Assembly (NCBI GenBank): GCA_965204755.1
Contig: OZ242011.1
Location: 320,001-384,000, forward strand
Source: Candidatus Marinacidobacterium sp.
GTDB taxonomy: Bacteria > Acidobacteriota > Vicinamibacteria > Marinacidobacterales > Marinacidobacteraceae
Direction of reading: 5' to 3'
DNA: 64,000 nt
The notes beneath the pieces are model-generated. The model was not told the origin of the DNA and made no database searches. It was given only the letters and a program-made list of their open reading frames with translations. The position numbers were made by a program, and so were the translations under genes. Below are positions 17,796 to 26,800 of the stretch, in pieces (position 1 is the stretch's first letter; each line of letters opens with the position of its first letter).

Positions 17796-19994
17796 TCACC
17801 GCAGGACGAGGAACAGGTTCGAGTAGTCGTCCGTCCAGCGGTAGGCCTCTCCCGGCTCGGCGGCCTCCCCGGAAAACGGCCGGGCGCGGGAGAGGACGCT
17901 CGGGTCGGTGACGAAGTCGGAAGACCAGGTGATGAGCGCCCAGGTGGTCTCGTAGCGGTAGGCCTCCGGGTCCGGCTCGGTCTCGGTGAGCAGGGAGATG
18001 GCGCCGAGCGCGAGCGCCTGCGCCCGGATTACCGGCGCCAGGTCCACATGGCGGTTGGAGATGTGGGCGGCGATCACGCCGCCGGGGGCCAGCCGCCGCC
18101 GGTAGAGGTCGAACGCCTCGGCGGTGAGCAGGTGGACCGGGACGGCGTCCCCGGTGAAGGCGTCGAGGACGAGGACATCCCAGGGCGCCTCCCCGGCGGC
18201 TTCCTCCCGCTCGAGGCTGAGCCGCCCGTCGCCGAGGACGACCTCGACTTCCCCGGCGGCGTCGTCCAGATAGGTGAAGTAGCGGCGGGCCACCCGTTCG
18301 ACCTGCGGGTCGAGTTCGTAGAAGCGGAACCGGTCGCCGCTCCGGGAGCGCGCCGCCAGCGAACCGGCGCCGAGCCCCAGGATCCCCACCGAGAGCGGCT
18401 GCCCGGCGCGCCGCTTCGGGTGGCGGTCGAGCGCCGTCTTCACCCCGGTGCCCTCGTAGTAGTAGAGCATCGGCTCCCGACGGCGCCCCGGCGCGAGGCG
18501 CTGCGACCCGTGGCCGATCCCGCCGTGCCAGAGGTCGCGCCGCCACTCCGGGGTGTCCGGCGAGTCTTCCATCACCCGCACCGCGCCGTAGAAGTTCCGG
18601 CTGGCGTGGAGCGGCCTCCGGTGCTCCAGCCAGGTTACGGCGAGCGCCAGCCCGGCCACCCCGGCGAGGGCGCCCCGGAGCGCGGCGCGGGGCAGGCTCC
18701 GGGAGGTCGAGGCCGCGCCGGCGAACGGGGCGGCGGCGCCGAGGACCAGGGCGAGCGGGTATTCCCAGGTGTTCGGGAACAGGAGCGGGCTCAGCAGCGA
18801 GGCGGAGAGCCCGCCCGCCGCGCCCCCGGCGGTGAGGGAGAGGTAGAAGCCGGTCAGCCGGGCCGGCGCCGGGCGCCGCCGGGCGATCTCGGCGTGGGCG
18901 GTCCAGCCGGCGGCGAACAGGAAGGCGAGGCCGGCGGCGGCGTGCGAGAGGAGCGGCCGGTCGAGCCCGGTGGTGATGTCCGCGAGCCAGACCAGCAGGC
19001 AGGCGGCGGCGAGCAGGAAGACCGCCGGGGTCAGCGCGCGCCGCGGGAAGCGGTCCGGCGCGCCGAAGGCGAGGACGAAGGTGACCAGGTACACCGCGAG
19101 CGGGGCGATCCAGAGGAACGGCGCGGCGGCCACATCCCGGGTCAGATGGGTGGTTACGGAGACCAGGGCGAAGGACGCCGCGGCCGCGAGGAGGGCGGGC
19201 GCGAGGCGGGCGGCGAGGCGGGGCCGGGCCGGGGGCGGCGGGTCGGCGGCGGGGTCGGCGGGCGGGGGCGGTGTTCCGGCGGCTGGGTCTGGGGCCGGGG
19301 GCGGCGAGTCGGCGGCGGCCGTCGGTGGCGTTCCGGCGGCCGGGGCGGCGGCCGGGGGCGGCGGGTCGGCGGCGCGGCGGGTGAGCAGCGCGCCGGCGCC
19401 GACGGTGGCCGCGCCGAGGAGGGCGAATCCGGCCGTCCACCAGCCGGCCTGGGCGGCGACGCCGAGGAACGGCTCCACCGCGACCGGGTAGAGCAGGAGG
19501 CCGAGGAGCGAACCGGTGTTCGAGACCGCGAAGAACCGGTAGGGCGAACCGGAGGTCCCCTTGCGTCCGCCGCCCCCGGCCAGCCAGGCGGAGACCAGCG
19601 GGGTGGTCGCCGCGCCGAGGACGAAGGGCAACCCCGGCCCGGCGAGCAGGGTGAGCAGGATCCGCGGCCCCGGCGCCTCGCCGCCCGCCGGCGCCCACCC
19701 GGCGGCCGGCAGCGGGGGGAGGAAGAACAGGAGGGCGGCGACGACGAGCGCGGCGTGGACGGCCACCTGGCGGCGCCGCGGGACGCGCGTGGCGAGCAGG
19801 TGCGCGTAGAGGTAGCCGCCGAGCAGGGCGGTCTGGAAGAAGAACAGCGCCACCGCCCAGACCATCGGCGCCCCGCCGTACCAGGGCAGCAGCGCCCGGG
19901 CGGCGAGCGGCTGCACGGAGAAGAGCAGGAACGCCCCGAGGAAGATCGCCCCCCCGGCCAGCCACCGCGCCCCCCGGAGGGGGTCGATCCTCAA
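17796..19994 (-). CDS. Fused membrane protein/spermidine synthase-like SAM-binding protein (5' end uncertain, open into the repeat array)
   Basis: FLGAFLLFSVQP...FFQTALLGGYLYAH, PYRFFAVSNTGS, LGLGAGSL, YELDPQV, GDGR, VLDAFTGDAVPVHLLT, HISNR, WTDDYSNL. The coordinate given is the last in-frame TTG before the conserved body. Confidence 0.88.
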   Translation of the reverse strand: MRIDPLRGARWLAGGAIFLGAFLLFSVQPLAARALLPWYGGAPMVWAVALFFFQTALLGGYLYAHLLATRVPRRRQVAVHAALVVAALLFFLPPLPAAGWAPAGGEAPGPRILLTLLAGPGLPFVLGAATTPLVSAWLAGGGGRKGTSGSPYRFFAVSNTGSLLGLLLYPVAVEPFLGVAAQAGWWTAGFALLGAATVGAGALLTRRAADPPPPAAAPAAGTPPTAAADSPPPAPDPAAGTPPPPADPAADPPPPARPRLAARLAPALLAAAASFALVSVTTHLTRDVAAAPFLWIAPLAVYLVTFVLAFGAPDRFPRRALTPAVFLLAAACLLVWLADITTGLDRPLLSHAAAGLAFLFAAGWTAHAEIARRRPAPARLTGFYLSLTAGGAAGGLSASLLSPLLFPNTWEYPLALVLGAAAPFAGAASTSRSLPRAALRGALAGVAGLALAVTWLEHRRPLHASRNFYGAVRVMEDSPDTPEWRRDLWHGGIGHGSQRLAPGRRREPMLYYYEGTGVKTALDRHPKRRAGQPLSVGILGLGAGSLAARSRSGDRFRFYELDPQVERVARRYFTYLDDAAGEVEVVLGDGRLSLEREEAAGEAPWDVLVLDAFTGDAVPVHLLTAEAFDLYRRRLAPGGVIAAHISNRHVDLAPVIRAQALALGAISLLTETEPDPEAYRYETTWALITWSSDFVTDPSVLSRARPFSGEAAEPGEAYRWTDDYSNLFLVLR

Positions 19995-21757
19995 AGCGCC
20001 GATCCGCAAGCGCCCGCTCCGAAGGGGGTCGATCCGCAAGGGGCTCGATCCGTGGGGTGTCGATCCACGAGGGGGTCGATCCGTAGGGGCTCGACCCACA
20101 TGGGGGTCGATCCAGAAGGGGGTCGATCCGTCGGGGGTCGATCCGCAATGGCTCGATCCGTCGGGGGTCGATCCGCAAGGGCTCGATCCGTCGGGGGTCG
20201 ATCCGCAAGGGCTCGATCCGTCGGGGGTCGATCCGTAGGGTTCTCGATCCGTAGGGGTTCGATCCACAAGGGGGTCGATCCAGAAGGGGCTCGATCCGAA
20301 GGGCTCTCGATCCGTAGGGGCTCGACCCAGAAGGGGGTCGATCCGAGGGGGCTCGATCCGAAGGGGGTCGATCCGAGGGGGCTCGATCCGAAGGGGCTCG
20401 ATCCGAAGGGGCTCGATCCGAAGGGGCTCGATCCGAAGGGGCTCGATCCGTAGGGGGCTCGATCCGTAGGGGGCTCGATCCGAAGGGGCTCGATCCGTAG
20501 GGGGCTCGATCCGAAGGGGGTCGATCCGCAGGGGTCGCGATCGGCAGGGTCTCGACCCGTCGAGGCTCGATCCGCAGGGGGTCGATCCGCAAGGGTCGCG
20601 ATCCGCAAGGGGCTCGATCCGCAGAGGTCTCGATCCGAAGGGGGTCGATCCGCAAGGGTCGCGGTCCACAAGGGGCTCGATCCGCGGGGGGTCGAACGGC
20701 AAGGGGCTCGATCCGCAGGGGGCTCGATCCGAAGGGGCTCGATCCGTCGGGGGTCGATCCGTCGAGGGTCGATCCGTCGAGGGTCGATCCGTAGGGTTCT
20801 CGATCCGTAGGGGCTCGATCCACGGGGGGCTCGATCCACAAGGGGGTCGATCCGTAGGGGCTCGATCCGTAGGGGCTCGATCCGTAGGGGCTCGATCCGT
20901 AGGGGCTCGATCCGTAGGGGCTCGATCCGTAGGGGTCTCGATCCGAAGGGGGTCGATCCGCATGGGTCGCGATCCGCAGGGTCTCGATCGGTAGGGTCTC
21001 GATCGGCAGGGTCTCGATCGGCAGGGTCTCGATCGGCAGGGTCTCGATCCGTGGAGGCTCGATCCGCAGGGGGTCGATCCGCATGGGTCGCGATCCGCAA
21101 GGGGCTCGATGTGTGGAGGCTCGATCCGCAGAGGTCTCGATCCGAAGAGTGTCGATCCGCAAGGGTCGCGGTCCACAAGGGGCTCGATCCGCGGGGAGTC
21201 GAACGGCAAGGGGCTCGATCCGCAGGGGGCTCGATCCGTAGAGGCTCGATCCGGAGGGGGTCGATCCGCCGAGTTTCGACCCGCAGGGGGCTCGATCCGT
21301 GGGGTGTCGATCCGAAGGGGGTCGATCCGAAGGGGGTCGATCCGAAGGGGGTCGATCCGCGGAGTCTCGACCAGCAAGGGGTTCGATCCGCCGGGGCTCG
21401 ATCCACTTGGGCCTCGATCCGCAGGGGTCTCGATCCGCAAGGGGGTCGATCCGCCGGGGTCTCGATCCGCAAGGGGCTCGATCCGCAAGGGGCTCGATCC
21501 GTGGGGGCTCGATCCGTCGGGGCTCGATCCACAGGGGCTCGATCCGCCGGGGCTCGATCCACGAGGGGGTCGATCCGAAAAGGCTCGATCCACGAGGGGG
21601 TCGATCCGCAGGGACTCGATCCGTAGGGGCTCGATCCAAGGGATCGATCCGACGAAACGCGACTCGTAAGGACTCGATCCGCAGGGGCTCGATCCGTAGG
21701 GGCTCGATCCAGAAGGGGGTCGATCCGAGGGGGCTCGATCGGCAGGGGGCCGATCCC
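19979..21757. repeat. Satellite-like tandem array of 14-16 bp units, consensus GGGG(C/G)TCGATCCG(T/A/C)A(G)
   Basis: Visible directly. About 115 units estimated from length divided by period, with an internal higher-order duplication (about 20563-20730 versus 21053-21238). Confidence 0.97.
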
Positions 21758-21867
21758 GCGCACCGCCGCTTCGGCGAACCGCCGCCGTCGGGCGGCGCTT
21801 TCCCGCAGGCCTTCCCGCGCGCCGCCGAGGGCGCTTCCGCTCATCCCTTCACGCTCCTCCCGCTGCG

Positions 21868-21874
21868 TAGAATA
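21868..21874. promoter_or_regulatory. Overlapping divergent -10 hexamers (TAGAAT on +, TATTCT on -)
   Basis: The only AT-rich patch between divergent ATGs at 21844 (-) and 21886 (+); GGAGGAG follows on the minus strand. Confidence 0.5.
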
Positions 21875-21885
21875 CGGGCCGCGCC

Positions 21886-22473
21886 ATGCCGAAACCCAAG
21901 TCCCGCCCCTCCCGTCCGCCCGCCGCTTCCGCCCCGCGTCCCGGCCCGAAACCGCCGGCGAAACGGCCCGCCGAGCCGACCGGCCGGGGGAGCGGCGCGC
22001 TGCTGCTCGTCGCCGGCCTCCTCGCCCTCGGCGGCGCGGTCTTCTTCATCTCCGCGTTCGAGGACGACACCACCGAGACCGCCTCCGCGATCTCGTACGA
22101 CACGCCGACAACGGAAGCGACCCAGGCGGCCGTCAAGACCTTCCCCTACTACGACAGCGCCGACGAAGCCAAGCCCTTCCCGGTGACGCTGCCCCCCTCG
22201 TCCTACAGCAACGAAACCCTGCAGCGCGCCTACGGCCTCGCCAAGGAGATCCCGGAAGTGCTCGCGCAACTCCCGTGTCTGTGCGGCTGCCACATGCAGG
22301 CGGAGGATCACGGCAGCCTGCTCGACTGCTATGTGGACGACCACGCCGCCACTTGAAGCACCTGTCTCCAGGAGGTCCTCCTGGCCAAGCAGATGCACGA
22401 CGACGGCGAAGAACCGGAAGCGATCCGCGAAGCGATCTACCGCCACGACTTCACGGACATCCCCCTCCGCTGA
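21886..22473 (+). CDS. PCYCGC-motif family membrane-anchored protein, predicted selenoprotein (Sec at TGA 22354-22356; 195 aa)
   Basis: TM anchor and LAQLPCLCGC...DHGSLLDCYVDDHAAT-TGA-STCLQEVLLAKQMHDDGEEPEAIREAI. Family-like sequence continues in frame after the TGA to a stop at 22471-22473. Confidence 0.82.
22368..22384 (+). promoter_or_regulatory. Bacterial SECIS-like hairpin
   Basis: CCAGGAG-GTC-CTCCTGG: perfect 7-bp stem, G-containing apical loop, starting 11 nt after the in-frame TGA. Confidence 0.75.
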
Positions 22474-22529
22474 CCTGACCGCGCCGAAGGGCGCCACCCC
22501 GCCGCCGACCGGCGGGTAACACCGACGGG

Positions 22530-22598
22530 TAACGACCGGCCGGCAACAACTGGCCGGCAACAACTGGCCGGCAACGACTGGCCGGTAACGACTGGCGG
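22530..22598. repeat. About five copies of a 14-bp tandem repeat (caacRactggccgg)
   Basis: Visible directly, at the left edge of the STAND island. Confidence 0.85.
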
Positions 22599-22745
22599 GC
22601 CGCCGCCCGCGGCGGCCGGGACGGGCAAGGCGGCCCCGCCCGATCGGGGCGGGATTCACGCCGACAGTCGAGCCGCCTCGAAGAGTCCTGCGGCCGACCG
22701 CGAGTGCCGGTCGTTATCGCAACTCGGCGCGTAGCGAAACCGGAC

Positions 22746-23609
22746 TCACCGCACCGACCGGAGTTCGGCGAGTTCCGCGAGGAGGTCCTCGATCGTCTCG
22801 TCGCCCGGCCATGCGCCTTTCAGCGCGTCCCGGTCGAAGTTCCTCGCTCGCTCGACGACTCCGGGAGGAATCGCCGCGGCGCCGGGAACATGGCCGCAAG
22901 GCGTTCGGTCGAACGCCTCATGCCGGTCGACCCGCGGCATCATGTGTCGAGCCAGCATCGCGCGCGGGCTTCCGTCGGCCCGGAAATGCACGACCCCGGT
23001 CACCGTGGCGTCCGTGCCCCACAGCGAACGCAACGCCTCTCGATCCACGGCCCCGGCGTCGAGTTGCCCGGGAAGGAAACTGCCGTCCTTCAGCCGGAGG
23101 AGGAACCGCCCGTCGTCGTGTTCGATGCCGTCGAGCCGACCGGTCACGATGAATCCCCTCGCCGGCGGGAGCATCCCGAGTCGCGCTTCGGCGCGGGCGG
23201 CCGCCGCTCGATCCCAGGCGAAGCCCCGCCCCCCGGCCTCGTCCGGCGTCAGCGCATACCCGGCGTCGGGATACCCGGCCGCCCGACCGAAGGCGAGCAT
23301 CGCTTCGAGTACGCCCCGGTCGTCGCACATACCGGGCGCCGTCTCCGATTCCCCGGTAACCGACCGAACGGCCTCCCCCACCAAGTCGAGCGCGGTGTCC
23401 TCGAGATCCACTCGTTCGCGCCCCTTCCGGAGCGGCGAGTACACGAACCGGTCGCGGGCGGTCTCGACCAGGCAGAACGCCCGAAAGCCGATCGAACCGG
23501 CGCCGAACCCGGTGATCGCGAAAGCCAGCGTCTCTTCGAGCCACTTCGGGCGCGCGCCGCGGGCGGTCGAGATCCCGGTGGCCCGGAGGCGCGTGACGCG
23601 TTCGGCCAA
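22746..23609 (-). CDS. Hypothetical protein, possible OB-fold C-terminal region; true 5' end probably near 23715
   Basis: Protein-like composition; ends WPGDETIEDLLAEL. The frame stays open and plausible upstream of the TTG (YTLRVDGLDARGGEIPKATLTKIVGALRR). Confidence 0.65.
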   Translation of the reverse strand: MAERVTRLRATGISTARGARPKWLEETLAFAITGFGAGSIGFRAFCLVETARDRFVYSPLRKGRERVDLEDTALDLVGEAVRSVTGESETAPGMCDDRGVLEAMLAFGRAAGYPDAGYALTPDEAGGRGFAWDRAAAARAEARLGMLPPARGFIVTGRLDGIEHDDGRFLLRLKDGSFLPGQLDAGAVDREALRSLWGTDATVTGVVHFRADGSPRAMLARHMMPRVDRHEAFDRTPCGHVPGAAAIPPGVVERARNFDRDALKGAWPGDETIEDLLAELAELRSVR

Positions 23610-23837
23610 GCGCCGCAGGGCGCCGACGATCTTCGTGAGCGTTGCCTTCGGTATCTCGCCGCCGCGCGCGTCGAGCCCATCGACCCGGAGGGTGTAACCG
23701 CGTGTCTTCGAGAACTCGCCGATCTCCTTCGGCGGGCGCCGCCCCCTCGCGCCGACCGTCCGTCTTGCCCCGTCCGCCGTCCCGAACCATAGCGGCGGAC
23801 GGAGACCAGGCGCGGGAGCGGCCCCGGGACGGGGCGG

Positions 23838-26800
23838 TCAGCCTGCCTCCGCCTCGGCGCGGCGGGCGGCCGGCGGTCTCACATCCAGCACGCGCACTTC
23901 GACGCGATCCCGTTCCTCGGGAGTCAGGTTCTCGACCAGTCGGCGGTGCAACTGCTCGCGCGTCTCCGGGCGGATCCCCTTCGGAGGGCGCGCGATAGGT
24001 CGTGAGGCGCCGGAAACTCCGAACCACAGGACGAGGTAGATGCCTCGCCCCATCGCTTCCGGCATGGCCGCGTACTTGGGAATCAATTGCTCCCGTACGG
24101 CGGTCCAGAGATCGCGATGCCACTGGCGCTTGATCTCGATCGGTATGGCGAACCCGTCGCAGCGCACCAGCAGGTCCGACCGCGCGCCCCCGGCGTGGCG
24201 CGCCTCCGGCGCGATCGGGCAAGCGCTTCCCAGCCGCCCGCGCAGCGCGCCGAGCAGCGCGTCGCGACACGATTCCTCGGGTTTCGGTTCGACCGCGCCG
24301 CCATGCGAGTCCTCGTTCCAGAACGGCCGCCACGCGTTCTCGTCACTTCCGGCGAACTCCGCGGCCAGGTCGTCGAGATGGTCGGCGACGAACGCGGAGA
24401 GGTCCGCCGCGTTCGCCGGACGCCCCCCGCGCAGGGCCTCGGCGACGCGATCGGCGGAAGCGTGGCGGAAGCCGACATCGGCCACGGTCCGCCGCCGGCG
24501 ATCCCGGGCCGCCTCCAAGCGAGGGCGCCACCGGGACAGCGCCCGATCGGCGATGAGGGATTCGAGCGCCCTTCCGGCGTCGGCTCCCGCGGAGCGGCCG
24601 AGTCGGCGAATGAAGTCCGCGATCCGTTCGGGGGCCCGGTCGGCCAACCCCAGGACCCTGGCTTCGTAAGGCTCCTCCGGCCGGAACATGGCGCCGAAAC
24701 GGGTGACCAGCAGGCGGAGGGTGACCGGGTCCATCCCCTCGTCCGGAACACGCGCATCCAAGTCGGGGCACAGGAACACGGCGGCCTCCCGCGCGGCTTC
24801 CTCGTCCCGCGTCAGGGTTTCGAAGCGGTCACGGTAGGCGTCGGGCGCCGCCGCGAGACCCGCAGCCACCCAGTGCGGCCGCTGGGCCACGGTCATGCTC
24901 TTCGATGCCGCCTTTCGCGCGACAACGCGAAGCAACCCGTCCCGGTCGGCGTGGGCGATCGCAGCCCAGAGGAGCAGGTCGAGAACCTGCAGTTGACCGC
25001 CCAGACCGCGCACGGGAAAGCCGCTGAGCAGCGGCAGGGCCGCCTGGCGCGCTACGCCGGCGTATTGCCGGTCTCCCACCAGCAGGTCGAGGTGTACCCG
25101 ACTCTCGCTGCCTTTCGCGATCTCCGCCTTCGCCCAACGGACGAGAACTCTCGCCGTGAGTTCGGGTCGCGAGCGAGCGAGTTCCCGATACCAGGGCGGC
25201 GGCTCCAGGCGGTTCGTCGGGGCGGTGAAATAGAAGGCGAGCGCCCGAAGCCACTGATCGTCGCCCAGCGTCTCCAGGCGCTCGGGACACTCCCTCTCCA
25301 TGACTTCGAGACCGGCGAGGAACGGCCACGCGAGCGAGTGGATCCCCGAACTCGCGTGGAAATCGAAGATCGCGTCCTCGTCCGGGACATCGTCGCGCCA
25401 CGGCGCGCGCGCCAGGGCGCCGACGACCACCCGGCGCAGGGCCGGATCGGAGAGGCGCCAGCCCCGGCCCGGCGCGCTCAGGTACTCCTCGAGCGATCCC
25501 AGGTATTCCCAGGCGAGGCGGCGGAGCAGCGCCGGCGAGGCCCGGTTCTCGCGGAACGCCTCGAGTTCGTCCTCGATCCGTCGAGCCATCGCCGAGTCCC
25601 TCCTCCGCCGCTCCTCGACGAATGGCCGTTCCTGCTCGCGCAAGTCGAGATACCCGGCGGGGAGATCGGTCTTGAGCAACCGGCGGAAACGGGCCGCCAT
25701 TCCGCGACGGAAAGCCCGGCCAATCAGTTCCTTCGCGCGGATCCTTTCCGCGCCGGCCCTTTCGACCGCCCGTTCCAGCAACCAGTCCGCGAGAAGCGGT
25801 CGAGCGATCGCCATCTCGACCGCCAGGGAGAGGCAGAAGCGACCGAAGCCTTCGGGCGGGCGGGCGATTCCCAGGGTCGCCGCCACTTCCCGAACCGCCG
25901 GGTCGAAGTCCTCGGTTTCCGGACACCGCTCCCATCCTTCGCGCCAGAGTTCGACCAGTCGCTGCGGACGCGCTTCCAGCCACTTTCGGACCCGGAGCAC
26001 CGCTCCGTCCGAGCCGACGGTCGAGCGCTGCCGGCTTTCCCGGCCGAGGCGAAGCCAATCGTAGATCTCGGTAGTGGAAGCGCCATCGCCATGCTCCTCC
26101 ATACCCTGCGTCACCAACTCCAGCGGGAGGTGGGCGAGGAACCGATTCTCGAGCGCGGCCCAATGGTCGGGCAAACGAACCCGCAGCGCGGCGAGCAGCC
26201 CCGGAAGGCGCCCGGAGTGTTCGGCCTTCGTCAGGCTCCGGAGCCAGAAGCCGTCGTACCTCCCGACCAGTTGTTCCGGCTGGTCGAGCAGGTAGTCCCA
26301 GACCTGCTCGGGGGTGATCTCCTCCGGATACATCCGTCCCAGCAGAGTCCCCAACAGTTCGCGATAGTGATCGCTAACGACGCCGCTTCGAATGTCTCCC
26401 GCCAGTCGCCGAAGTTCGGCGCGCCGTCTCTTTTCGTCGACGCAGTTGTGGATGAAGGCGTCGAGCGCGTAACGGGTGACTTCGTACCATCTCGTCCCGT
26501 CGCGGGCGACTTCCATGAGTCGGTCGGCAAACGCGGGCATCGGCCGGCCGAGGCTCAGGGCCCGCGCCGCGATTCCGGCGAGTACTTGCGCCGAACGGCC
26601 GCGATCGGCGGATTCGAGTTCGGCGCGGAGCGTCGGCGCCATTTCGGGAACCGCCAGCAGTCGGAGGAAGTCCGCGGGGAAGCGGTGCGCGCCGAGTTCC
26701 GGCGCCGTCGCGCGCATCTCGCGGAGCAACCGGCGCTTGTCGGTCGGGGTGAAGTCGTGGATGTCGCCGTAGGCCGCGATCCCCACCGGATCCCGAACGA

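Noticed and set aside
15595-21639. 2014 aa ORF fusing the repeat array to the PQQ dehydrogenase
   Set aside because: The middle is an Arg/Pro/Gly shadow frame over the spermidine-synthase gene. The PQQ gene has its own signal peptide and an upstream TAGGAT. Stop-free alternate frames are expected at this GC content.
19979-21757. CRISPR array or classical pentapeptide-repeat protein
   Set aside because: Units are only about 15 bp with no unique spacers and no cas genes, and the peptides do not fit the A(D/N)Lxx consensus.
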